This document shows positions 39,151 to 48,384 of a stretch of 64,000 bases of DNA, piece by piece. The DNA is from Spirochaetaceae bacterium (GTDB taxonomy: Bacteria; Spirochaetota; Spirochaetia; DSM-2461). The stretch spans positions 479,478-543,477 of the forward strand of contig CBDDOY010000002.1 of assembly GCA_965232165.1 (NCBI GenBank), read 5' to 3'. Made by a program: the position numbers and the translations under genes. The first letter of the stretch is position 1. Each line of letters begins with the position of its first letter. Below the pieces are notes generated by a model. That model was not told the DNA's origin. It made no database searches and saw only the letters and a program-made list of their open reading frames with translations.

Positions 39151-39475
39151 AAACAATGAGCCGTCAATTTTGTCGAGGCCGCAGAGTTCTCAGCAGGAGC
39201 AACTGGCATAGAGTTCGCTTTTTGGATTTGTTAATTAATGTGAAATTATTCTGCTTCAAAGAGTTGCTGATTTAGTCAACTCATAGGGAAGAATTATCGT
39301 CCGTTCCATCCTGAGTCCTTCCTGAAATTGGAACAGGAAAAAACTCTGCAGGCACAGCAGCGGAACGATACAATATGATAGGAGAGACTTCTGTACTGTT
39401 ACCCCCTCAAGAGCAAATTATTGATTTTGAGATTGAACTAGCAACTACTCTCAGTCCGATAAACGCGGCTGAAGC

Positions 39476-40345
39476 TCAGTTCTTGCGGGTAAGCCGCCGG
39501 ATCAGGCTGGAGGTATCCCAGCGGCCGCCGCCCATCTCCTGAATTTCACCGTAGTAGTCGTTCACAACTCGAGTGACGGGCAGTTCAGCACCGTTATTAG
39601 CGGCCTCAGCAAGGCATATCGAGAGGTCCTTGCGCATCCAGTCAACAGCGAATCCAAAGCAGAACTCGTCATTCAGCATGGTATTACCGCGATTCTCCAT
39701 CTGCCAGGAACCGGCAGCGCCCTTGGAGATAACATCGACGACCTTGTGTCCATCCAGTCCGGCACGCTGAGCGAAATCAAGGCCCTCTGAAAGGCCCTGT
39801 ACCAGTCCGGCAATACAAATCTGGTTGACCATCTTGGTCAGTTGTCCGGCACCGACACCGCCCATCAATTCGGCAGAGCATGCGTAACTCATAATCACAG
39901 GCCGCGCTTTTTCAAAGGCATCCGCCTCGCCGCCGATCATCACCGTCAGCACACCGTTTTCCGCACCGGCCTGCCCGCCCGAAACAGGCGCGTCCAGGAA
40001 GGGCACCTCGGACTGGGCGGCGATCTCTCGCTCCACATTGGCAGAAGCCGTGGTATGGTCTACTAGGACAGCGCCCTGTTTGCACCCGGCCAGCACACCG
40101 TCATCACCAAAAACCACCGACCGCAGGTCATCATCGTTACCGACACACATGAAAACAAAATCGGCTCCCTCGGCAGCTTCTCGCGGTGTTGCCGCGTTGT
40201 CTCCTTCATAATCCTGACACCACTGTTCGGCCTTTGCGGCAGTACGATTGTAGACCCGTGTTTTGAAACCAGCCCTGGAGAGATGGCCGGCCATCGGATA
40301 ACCCATGACCCCGAGTCCGATAAAGGCAGCCTGTTGTTTGCTCAT
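39476..40345 (-). CDS. NAD(P)-dependent beta-hydroxyacid dehydrogenase (GarR/MmsB family)
   Basis: FIGLGVMGYPMAGHL, DAPVSGGQAGA, GQLTKMVNQ, GFAVDWMRKDL. Confidence 0.92.
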   Translation of the reverse strand: MSKQQAAFIGLGVMGYPMAGHLSRAGFKTRVYNRTAAKAEQWCQDYEGDNAATPREAAEGADFVFMCVGNDDDLRSVVFGDDGVLAGCKQGAVLVDHTTASANVEREIAAQSEVPFLDAPVSGGQAGAENGVLTVMIGGEADAFEKARPVIMSYACSAELMGGVGAGQLTKMVNQICIAGLVQGLSEGLDFAQRAGLDGHKVVDVISKGAAGSWQMENRGNTMLNDEFCFGFAVDWMRKDLSICLAEAANNGAELPVTRVVNDYYGEIQEMGGGRWDTSSLIRRLTRKN

Positions 40346-40361
40346 ATTGATTCCTCATTAA

Positions 40362-40522
40362 GAGCACCGCTAAAAAACCCGTTTACTTCTTGACTCGACT
40401 TTTCCGCCGCTACTGCGTTGTCAAAATACTCACGTAGCTTAAGCTGCGCCTGAGCTTTTGCCGCCTTGTATCGACAAAAAATTTCTTCGTCAATTTCCTA
40501 AAGCTGTTTTTTAGAGGTGCCC
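40362..40522 (-). mobile_element. MITE copy 5 (161 bp)
   Basis: TIR GAGCACCGCTAA/TTAGAGGTGCCC with target duplication TTAA. Near reverse complement of copy 3. Confidence 0.9.
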
Positions 40523-40854
40523 TTAAATATTTTGCTGCGGCGATTCTACACGAGCCGACGGGCATTCGCCGCCATCCGTTTCAAAATAATGACAGAACTT
40601 CTTTTAGTCAACGTGCCTGCTGTTTTCAGGCCCCGTCAAATGCCTGGATGGCCCGCCGGGATCTGTTCATATCGCCAAACCCTGCTTAGGGGCTTAATAC
40701 AGTGTGAATGAGGAGGCCGGAAGCCAAACCGCTTCCTGGTTCTGGGAAGGCATATGAAATACGGGAAGATGCTCTTTGCTGTGCTGTACACAACACAATA
40801 CTGCACAGCAATAGCCGCGCAAGGGATTGAAACGGAAATGCCGCTGGCTGCCCC

Positions 40855-40943
40855 GGCGATTGGCAATGAGCCGGAGGACAGGCTGCCAGAGTAAGGCATT
40901 GCAGTGAAAAGCCCGACCCGAAGGGTTGCGCCCAGTTATTGAT
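40855..40943 (+). repeat. ~90-bp dispersed repeat, copy A
   Basis: GGCGATTGGCAATGAGCCGG...GGCTGCC.GAGT.AGGCATTG.AGTGAAAAGCCCGACCCGA matches the reverse complement of 56409-56497. Confidence 0.8.
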
Positions 40944-41007
40944 GACAATGTCTGTCAGACTCCTAGACCAATAATGAATAGTTGAGATATGCTTATAAAA
41001 TCTGTTT

Positions 41008-41172
41008 GCCGACAGTGTTCTGATTTCTAGAACCTAAGAGGGAATCCGGTGAGAATCCGGAACGATCCCGTCACTGTGATTTGGGCAAGGTTCACCTTAT
41101 TGCCACTGTTCCGAATGTGGAATGGGAAGGCGGTGGACGCATACCAATAAGTCAGGAGACCTGCTAATCGGC
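41008..41172 (+). ncRNA. Cobalamin (AdoCbl) riboswitch
   Basis: AAGAGGGAATCCGGTGAGAATCCGGAACGATCCCGTCACTGT, GCCACTG, GGGAAGGC and AAGTCAGGAGACCTGC (B12 box), upstream of cbiK-btu. Confidence 0.92.
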
Positions 41173-41264
41173 GTATCACAGATAACACTCTTCGAGGAGA
41201 GAGGTGTTATCCTGGATTTCTAATCCGAAGACCCATCTCCTCCAAAGAAAGAATTGGAGGCTCA

Positions 41265-42128
41265 ATGCGACACAGAATGCTCCCCCTTCTTCCCATAGTT
41301 CTCGGTGTTATCAATATGCCGGGCTGCACCCCGAAGAAGTCATCGGAACCCGTGATTCTTATAGCGGCATTCGGCAGCAGTTATGAGAGGGGCTTGGGAA
41401 ATCTCGCTGATTTCGACAGGGCTGTACGCTCGGCATTTCCCGGTAACGAAATCTATTGGGGTTTTTCGGCTTCCTTCATCGTAAAGAAGCTGCAAAACTT
41501 GGGTATTAAGACTCTCTTTGACTCTCAGGTGCCCTTGCTTGACATTGAGCAGGCTCTCTCCCATCTGCGTGCTCTGGGGAAATCAAAGGTTCTCGTCGTG
41601 AATTTTCTCATCATGAGAGGTGCAGAATACCGACAGATACTGAACACGCCGACTGCCGGTCTCAATGTCAAATATGTGCATCCCATCCTCTACTATGAAG
41701 AAAGTATTCAAAACACTGTGATGGCCTTGGAAGACTTGATAGCAGACGGCAAGGAGACGGCAACGATTTTCTGCGCGCACGGCAATGGCCGTGATATCCA
41801 ATATAACATCGAACTCGAATTATTAGACGAATATCTCAAGAGGAATTACCAAAACGCCTATTTGGTGAGTTTGGAAGGCACTCCCAGTTGGCCGCCGGTA
41901 CGGGATGCGGTTCTCGGCTCCGGCGTGAACCGTGTGCGTTTCGTTACCTTCATGCTGACTTCGGGTGATCATATGGCGAATGATGTCATGGGGGAAAGTC
42001 CTGAATCTTTCAGAAGGCAACTCGGTTTGTCCGCCGAATCCACCGACGGACTGGCCAGTATTCCCGAATTCCAACGGATGTTCATAGACCGGATGCATCA
42101 GGTGATGGCTCAGTTTGAGGGAATGTGA
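41265..42128 (+). CDS. cbiK: Sirohydrochlorin cobaltochelatase CbiK with a predicted lipoprotein signal
   Basis: LIAAFGSS, FCAHGN, SLEGTP, FMLTSGDHMANDVMG. N-terminal hydrophobic stretch ending MPGC. Confidence 0.85.
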   Translation: MRHRMLPLLPIVLGVINMPGCTPKKSSEPVILIAAFGSSYERGLGNLADFDRAVRSAFPGNEIYWGFSASFIVKKLQNLGIKTLFDSQVPLLDIEQALSHLRALGKSKVLVVNFLIMRGAEYRQILNTPTAGLNVKYVHPILYYEESIQNTVMALEDLIADGKETATIFCAHGNGRDIQYNIELELLDEYLKRNYQNAYLVSLEGTPSWPPVRDAVLGSGVNRVRFVTFMLTSGDHMANDVMGESPESFRRQLGLSAESTDGLASIPEFQRMFIDRMHQVMAQFEGM

Positions 42129-43180
42129 GAGCAGCGCTTCAGATAATTAGGCCGTCTCCTGATTTTCTCTTGGCGGCCTTGTTCTTACTCATTTCCGGCG
42201 GCATGATCATGGCCCTGGGCCGGCCGGAGTCCCGGGTTTCTCCAAGGGCTGTCATTCTTAACGATGTCGATGGGCGTGAGGTAGCGGTGGAACTGCCGGT
42301 CAATTCGCTGATTTCCTTGAATTCCGGATTGTCAGAGATTGTGGCAGCCCTGGATGCCGGTGGGCGCATCATAGGCCGGGACAGTTTCAGCAGCTTCCCC
42401 TCATTCCTGAATAAGATACCGGTGGTGGGCAGGAATTCATCGGGGGTGAGTATGGAAAGCATACTGGCCCTTCAGCCCGATCTCATATTGGCCGATGCGA
42501 TGTTCGATGAGAGTCATATTGAAATTCTTAGGAAACAGGGAATCCCTGTGATCATCGAATCCACAAGCAATCCGCTTCGGATTGCATTGATGGTAAGGAA
42601 TATGGGAAGAATTCTCCAGGTTGAAGAGAGGGCTCAGCACATTATCGCCGTTATAGATGAGATATTGGGGGAGGTTGATATGGCGGTGGAAGGACTCGGT
42701 CTCTCCGATGAAGAGAAGATGGCGGTGTTCTACGAAAACCGCAAACCGAACAAGAGCGCCTCCGCGTTAAGCGGGCACGATTTCTTCATCAGACATGCGG
42801 GAGGAATCAGCATCGCCGCAGATGAACCGGTAAGATTTCCCGAATTGAGCCCTGAGTACATCGCTGTGAGGAATCCCGATGTAATCATCCGCCGGGTCAG
42901 TGGTGACATCACCCGCAAAGCCATGGAATCCATGCGTCAGGACATCATGGCCAGGCCCAGCCTTCGGTCGGTGAATGCCGTCAAGAATCACCGGGTTCAT
43001 ATCGTGAAATCCGATCTTTTCATCTCCTTGAGATATCCGGTAGGCATCGCATACCTGGCCAAACTCTTTTATCCCGATAGTTTTGGACTGGACCCACAGA
43101 AGATGTACCGGCGCTATGTGACGATGCTCTACGGCGAAGAGGAGTGGGGGAGGATGGATGAGATATACGTCCATCCCTAA
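42125..43180 (+). CDS. btuF: Cobalamin/Fe-siderophore ABC transporter substrate-binding protein
   Basis: ESILALQPDLIL, EYIAVRNPDVII, AVKNHRV. Under B12 riboswitch control. Confidence 0.8.
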   Translation: MRAALQIIRPSPDFLLAALFLLISGGMIMALGRPESRVSPRAVILNDVDGREVAVELPVNSLISLNSGLSEIVAALDAGGRIIGRDSFSSFPSFLNKIPVVGRNSSGVSMESILALQPDLILADAMFDESHIEILRKQGIPVIIESTSNPLRIALMVRNMGRILQVEERAQHIIAVIDEILGEVDMAVEGLGLSDEEKMAVFYENRKPNKSASALSGHDFFIRHAGGISIAADEPVRFPELSPEYIAVRNPDVIIRRVSGDITRKAMESMRQDIMARPSLRSVNAVKNHRVHIVKSDLFISLRYPVGIAYLAKLFYPDSFGLDPQKMYRRYVTMLYGEEEWGRMDEIYVHP

Positions 43181-44222
43181 TACCGGCCTGATGCTCAGCA
43201 TCAGGAACCGTAGGCGCAAGAGACTCTTCGTACTTTTTGGTGCCTTCCTCGGCTTGATTCTTCTGGCGGTGCTATCGTCCGTTCTGGGTTCCGTCAAACT
43301 GAGTCCTGCGGAAATCTGGGTATTTATTAAGTCGGGTATATCAGGCCGGTATCCGAGTACTCTGCATTGGGGTAAATTCTCTGTCGTCTGGGATATCCGG
43401 CTGCCGCGCATTGTCATGGCCCTGTTTGCAGGAATGAGTTTGTCGCTGGGAGGAGCGGCCATGCAGGGCATTATGCGCAATCCCCTCGTGAGTCCCTACA
43501 CCTTGGGCATTTCCGCCGCTTCAGCCTTCGGGGCTTCTCTGGCCATTGTTCTGGGTTCTCCCGCATTCGTGATGCCGGCCGCCTTCATTTTTTCCCTGAT
43601 TTCGTTAATGCTTGTGCTGTTTTTCTGCCGTGGCGACCGGCTGCAGGCTGAAAGCCTGATTCTGACGGGAATCGCCGTTATGTTTATCTTCTCGGCGGGC
43701 ACCTCGCTTCTTCAATACCTCGCATCCCAGGATGAATTGGCGAGAATTGTGTTCTGGCTCATGGGTTCGTTAAGCTCTGCCACTTGGCCGAAGACCCTGG
43801 CGACGGCAGGCATCTCCATGATATCGTCTTTGCTGCTCTACACGTTTTCATGGCCGATGAATCTTCTCTCCTCGGGAGAGGAGAGCGCCATGAGCATGGG
43901 AGTCGATCCCCGAGTCCTGCGGATGAGGGTGATACTCATCGTCACGGGAATGACGGCGGTCATCGTAAGTCATACCGGCATCATCGGCTTCATCGGCCTG
44001 GCCGCACCCCATGTCGCCCGCATGCTGCTGGGCAGCGATCACAGGCTGCTGTTCCCGGCGGCGGCTGTTGCCGGGGCCTTTTTCCTGCTCGTTTCCGACA
44101 CGCTCGCCCGCTCCTTGCTGAGTCATACAGAGCTGCCCATCGGCATCATCACTTCCTTTCTCGGTGTTCCGTTTCTTATATCCATCCTGGCTAAACGCCG
44201 CAGGATGAGGAGTGTGCCGTGA
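43158..44222 (+). CDS. btuC: FecCD/BtuC-family ABC permease
   Basis: IRLPRIV, RNPLVSPYTLGISA, GIIGFIGLAAPHVAR, ELPIGIITSFLGVPF. Confidence 0.85.
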   Translation: MRYTSIPNTGLMLSIRNRRRKRLFVLFGAFLGLILLAVLSSVLGSVKLSPAEIWVFIKSGISGRYPSTLHWGKFSVVWDIRLPRIVMALFAGMSLSLGGAAMQGIMRNPLVSPYTLGISAASAFGASLAIVLGSPAFVMPAAFIFSLISLMLVLFFCRGDRLQAESLILTGIAVMFIFSAGTSLLQYLASQDELARIVFWLMGSLSSATWPKTLATAGISMISSLLLYTFSWPMNLLSSGEESAMSMGVDPRVLRMRVILIVTGMTAVIVSHTGIIGFIGLAAPHVARMLLGSDHRLLFPAAAVAGAFFLLVSDTLARSLLSHTELPIGIITSFLGVPFLISILAKRRRMRSVP

Positions 44223-44980
44223 ATATCAGGGTTCGAAATCTCAGCTTCGCCTACGGGAATTCACCCGTGCTCAATGACTTGAATTTCGATTGCGAATCGG
44301 GGCAGATCGTGGCTATTCTTGGTGAAAACGGCTCGGGTAAGTCAACATTGCTCGCCTTCCTAGCCGGACTCAAGGACTCCATTGCCGTCGAGTGGGACGG
44401 TCATGCCCCATCCTGCCAGTCCTTAGAGGAAAGGGCCTGTCTGCGCACCCTGGTGCCCCAGCATTCCGTCTTCGATGCGGCTATGCCGCTCTACGACTAC
44501 ATCCTCATGGGCCGAAAGCCCTGGTTCGGATGGAATGAGTCTTCCGGCGATCATCACATCGTTGCAGAGATGCTTCGACTGTTTGAGCTGACCGATCTGG
44601 CCTTTCGCCCTCTTTCGAATATCAGCGGAGGTGAGCGGAGGAAGGCCGTGCTGGCCCGGGCCTTCGCCCAGGACACTCCATTGCTTCTTCTGGATGAACC
44701 GCTGAACAATCTCGACTTGAGATTTCAGCTCAAGTTTCTCAACCTGCTTAAACGGCGCGCTGAAGACCCCGGCGTGCTCATTATCATCGTTTTGCACGAC
44801 ATCAATGCCGCCCTCAACTGCTGTGATTCGGCTGTGCTTTTAAGGGAAGGCCAGATTATTGCCCATGGCCCCATCGAAGAATCCATAACTGCAGAAACGG
44901 TGGAATCCATGTTGGGAGTAAAAGGTTCCTTCTATGAAATAGATGGAAGGCGGCAAATGGCGATGCCTGCAACAGTCTGA
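44219..44980 (+). CDS. btuD: ABC transporter ATP-binding protein
   Basis: GENGSGKST, ISGGERRK, LLLDEP, LHDIN. Confidence 0.88.
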   Translation: MNIRVRNLSFAYGNSPVLNDLNFDCESGQIVAILGENGSGKSTLLAFLAGLKDSIAVEWDGHAPSCQSLEERACLRTLVPQHSVFDAAMPLYDYILMGRKPWFGWNESSGDHHIVAEMLRLFELTDLAFRPLSNISGGERRKAVLARAFAQDTPLLLLDEPLNNLDLRFQLKFLNLLKRRAEDPGVLIIIVLHDINAALNCCDSAVLLREGQIIAHGPIEESITAETVESMLGVKGSFYEIDGRRQMAMPATV

Positions 44981-44990
44981 TGTCATGAGA

Positions 44991-45500
44991 CTATTTCTCG
45001 ATGCCCATCCGAGCCGGCACACCCGCCTGGAAATAATGTTTAACGACCTGCATTTCGGTTACCAAATCGGCCCGCTGTATCAGGCTCTGCGGCGCACCCC
45101 GACCGGTGCAGATCACTTCCATGGACTGGGGCCGCAAATCCAGCAGGCCGTGGAATTCATTTTCATCCACCAGGGCGCAGCTAAGCGCAACATTGATTTC
45201 ATCCAGTATCAGGATATCGGAACCGGCATGGACGAATTGCCGCCGCATCTCGCCCAAACCCCGCCGGGACGAAGCAATGTCTGCTTGGGAAACCGGTCTT
45301 CCAAACAAGACACCACTGCCGAATTGACTCACCTTCACACCGATTTTCCTCAGCATCGCCGTTTCCGAACTTGGTTTGTTCTTGATGAATTGGATGAGAT
45401 GAACCCGAAGATTGACGCCTCTGGCCCTGAGCGCCAGTCCGAAGGCCGCCGTGGATTTACCCTTGCCGTCACCGGTGTACACTTGGAGATATCCTAGCAT
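44991..45500 (-). CDS. cobO: Cob(I)yrinic acid a,c-diamide adenosyltransferase (CobO/BtuR), antisense to its operon
   Basis: MLGYLQVYTGDGKGKSTAAFG, IQFIK, LILDEIN, CTGRGAP, ADLVTEM..VKHYFQAG.PARMGIE. Confidence 0.93.
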   Translation of the reverse strand: MLGYLQVYTGDGKGKSTAAFGLALRARGVNLRVHLIQFIKNKPSSETAMLRKIGVKVSQFGSGVLFGRPVSQADIASSRRGLGEMRRQFVHAGSDILILDEINVALSCALVDENEFHGLLDLRPQSMEVICTGRGAPQSLIQRADLVTEMQVVKHYFQAGVPARMGIEK

Positions 45501-46473
45501 GGAAGACATACTAGCACATATTGCGTTTCATGTATTGGCGCTGACCTCTGCGGGAGCACTGGACTGTATGCTGGGCGATGCACCGACTCAATTCCATCCG
45601 GTGGGATGGATGGGGAAGGGTATCGCGTTTTTATGGTCAAAAAGACCTCATGGCGCCCGTATGCGTCTCTTCCTGTGGGGCCTCTTCATTGTCATCTTCG
45701 GCCTTGCCGTGACACTCGTCTTAACCTGGCCGCTTCAATGGCTGCTTAAGTCCGGCAGAGAAATTTCGGCTGCCGCCGCGGTCTTCATCATGGCCATCTT
45801 ATTCAAACCCAGTTTTTCGATAAGAGGATTGATTCGGGGGGCACGGCAGGTGGAAAAGGCCATCAATACGGGAGACATTGAATCGGCCCGTCTGCTCACG
45901 GAGACGAATTTGGTAAGCCGATCTCTCGATGGGGCGGATTCGTCATACATTGCCTCTGCGGCAATTGAATCTCTGAGCGAGAATTTTACCGACAGCATTG
46001 CAGGCCCGTCGCTGTTCTTCCTGTTAGGCGGACTCCCCGGCGCATGGGCTTACCGCTTCGTCAACACGGCAGATGCGATGTTAGGCTATCATGGCGGACA
46101 GCACGAATGGGGAGGAAAGGCCGCCGCGAGACTCGACGATGTCTTCAATCTCTTCCCCGCCAGGATTTCAGGCATCATACTCATTGCGGCCGCCTATCTG
46201 CTCGGCTATGATGGCAGGGGAGCCCTGCGAATGATGAAACATGATTCGATGAAGTGTCTCAGCCCCAATTCCGGCTGGACCATGGCCGCGGCGGCCGGGG
46301 CTTTGGGGGTCAGGCTGGAGAAGCCCGGCTTCTATGTCCTCAATGACATGGGTCTAAGGCCCTCAGCAAACGATCTCCGAAGGGGCATCGTCCTTATTCT
46401 CGTCTCGATTGGCCTTTTGATGTTTCTGATAACGATACCGGTCATGACCGCCTGCATAATACTGAAGCCCTAG
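45499..46473 (+). CDS. cbiB: Adenosylcobinamide-phosphate synthase
   Basis: HPVGWMG, IESLSENFTD, YRFVNTADAMLGY, AARLDDVFN, SPNSGW.MAAAAGALGVRL. Confidence 0.93.
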   Translation: MEDILAHIAFHVLALTSAGALDCMLGDAPTQFHPVGWMGKGIAFLWSKRPHGARMRLFLWGLFIVIFGLAVTLVLTWPLQWLLKSGREISAAAAVFIMAILFKPSFSIRGLIRGARQVEKAINTGDIESARLLTETNLVSRSLDGADSSYIASAAIESLSENFTDSIAGPSLFFLLGGLPGAWAYRFVNTADAMLGYHGGQHEWGGKAAARLDDVFNLFPARISGIILIAAAYLLGYDGRGALRMMKHDSMKCLSPNSGWTMAAAAGALGVRLEKPGFYVLNDMGLRPSANDLRRGIVLILVSIGLLMFLITIPVMTACIILKP

Positions 46474-46474
46474 G

Positions 46475-47017
46475 ATGATTCTAATACTCGGCGGTATAAA
46501 AAGTGGAAAAAGCGCCTTCGCTGCCGCAATGGCCGAGAAGAGGGAGACTCTGGGGCCGATTGTTTACCTGGCTACGGCGCAGGCTGGCGACGAGGAAATG
46601 GCCGAACGCATTGATGCGCACCGAGCCAGAAGACCTGTTCACTGGCAGACCAGGGAGGAATCAACGGACCCGTCCAGAGTCTTCATTGACAACCTCGGCG
46701 CCAAGACCGTCATTCTTGATTGTGTGACGAATTGGCTCACCAATTTGATTTCCCATCTGAGCGATGAACCCAGTCGCAGCGAAGTGATCCGAATCGGCCG
46801 GAAAGCGGTGACCGGGCTGATAGCGGCCGTTGGGAAGTGGGAAAATCACGGCGGCAAGGCCCTGCTCGTCTCAAATCAGGTTGAGACAGGGCTCATCTCG
46901 CCCTGGCCCCTAGGCCGGTATTTTCAAGATCTGGCCGGTCTGACTCATCAGCAGATTGCCGAGGCGGCGGAGGCCGTATATCTGATTAATGCGGGTTTAC
47001 CGCTGAAAATAAAATAA
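46475..47017 (+). CDS. cobU: Bifunctional adenosylcobinamide kinase/phosphate guanylyltransferase
   Basis: LGGIKSGKS, DEEMAERIDAHRARRP, DCVTNWLTN, VSNQVETG. Confidence 0.93.
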   Translation: MILILGGIKSGKSAFAAAMAEKRETLGPIVYLATAQAGDEEMAERIDAHRARRPVHWQTREESTDPSRVFIDNLGAKTVILDCVTNWLTNLISHLSDEPSRSEVIRIGRKAVTGLIAAVGKWENHGGKALLVSNQVETGLISPWPLGRYFQDLAGLTHQQIAEAAEAVYLINAGLPLKIK

Positions 47018-47028
47018 GGACCGAGAAT

Positions 47029-48072
47029 ATGCGGTATCGATTAATAGATGAAATGGCTTTGAGCATAGCCCCGCTTGATGAAGAGGCAAAGCGGAAAGCG
47101 GTCTTGAGAATGAATTCCTTGCTAAAACCGCCTGGCTCCCTGGGCCGCCTGGAAGAACTCGGCATAATGCTGGCCGGCGTTCAGGGAAGGGAAAAACCCG
47201 TGGTGAATTCCAAACTCTCCCTTATTTATGCCGCCGATCACGGGGTGACGGCCGAATCTGTTTCGACGGTGCCGTCTGCCGTGACGGGTGTTATGGTGAG
47301 GGCCTTCTGCTCTGGAAAGGCCGGTATCAATGTACTCGCACGGCAGGCCGGAGCGCGTATCCGGGTGATTGATATCGGCATTGCCAACGACTATGCCATA
47401 CCAGACGAGGTCATACTTCGCCGTATCCGCCGAGGTACCGGCAATATGCGCATTGAGGAAAGCATGACCAGGGAAGAAGCGATACTGGCGATTTCCACTG
47501 GTATAGAAACAGCGGCAGGCGAAGTCCGCGCTGCCGGAGCACAGGTGGTTGGGGTAGGGGAGATGGGCATAGGTAATACAACCTCGGCGGCAGCCCTAAC
47601 GGCCGTGTTTACAGGCAGGGATCCAGCCGAAGTTACCGGCACTGGAACAGGGCTTGATGATGCCGGTTTAGAACGGAAGATACGAATCATCAGGGAAGCC
47701 TGCCTGCTTCATCGGCCGGATCCCCAGGATCCGATTGGCGTACTTTCAAAAATCGGCGGACTGGAAATTGCCGCCATGGCCGGAGCGATGGTGGGAGCCG
47801 CATCGGAAGGCGCTCTAGTATTGATCGATGGATTTATCAGCGGCACGGCTGCCCTTATCGCCATACAAATGGCTCCGGCTCTGCGCGACAGGGTGGTCTT
47901 GAGCCATTTATCGTTAGAACCCGGGCATGGAGTGATCGCCCGAAGACTGGGACTCATACCCCTTCTGGATTTGGGGCTTAGGCTGGGGGAGGGAACCGGC
48001 GCCGCGCTTGCCATGAATCTTGTCGAATCCTCGGCGGCCTTACTCAGTGAAATGGGCACGTATGAATTGTGA
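47029..48072 (+). CDS. cobT: Nicotinate-nucleotide--dimethylbenzimidazole phosphoribosyltransferase
   Basis: KPPGSLGRLEE, AADHGV, GEMGIGNTT, GGLEIA, LRLGEGTGA. Confidence 0.95.
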   Translation: MRYRLIDEMALSIAPLDEEAKRKAVLRMNSLLKPPGSLGRLEELGIMLAGVQGREKPVVNSKLSLIYAADHGVTAESVSTVPSAVTGVMVRAFCSGKAGINVLARQAGARIRVIDIGIANDYAIPDEVILRRIRRGTGNMRIEESMTREEAILAISTGIETAAGEVRAAGAQVVGVGEMGIGNTTSAAALTAVFTGRDPAEVTGTGTGLDDAGLERKIRIIREACLLHRPDPQDPIGVLSKIGGLEIAAMAGAMVGAASEGALVLIDGFISGTAALIAIQMAPALRDRVVLSHLSLEPGHGVIARRLGLIPLLDLGLRLGEGTGAALAMNLVESSAALLSEMGTYEL

Positions 48073-48384
48073 ATTATCTGCCTGAGCGGTACACGCAGAC
48101 AGGTGATTTCATCTCTGAGTGCCGGCCGGGCGGTGAATCCACAAGTCAAATTGGCCGCTTTCCGAGAAATCGGCAGACCAGCCCAGTGCTCCTGCTCACC
48201 GGCCTTAGGCGAGGATTTAAGCAGTAGGAGATCTAAGCCAGATGCTAGCCTGTCGGGGAATTTGCCTTATGGCCCCAATTTCCGGTTTATCCGCAGATGA
48301 ACGCAGTGCGGAAATTTCTTGAACCACGAATGGCCATGAATGGATACGAATTGTTGTTTTGACCGCAGATAAGACACGGATTGT

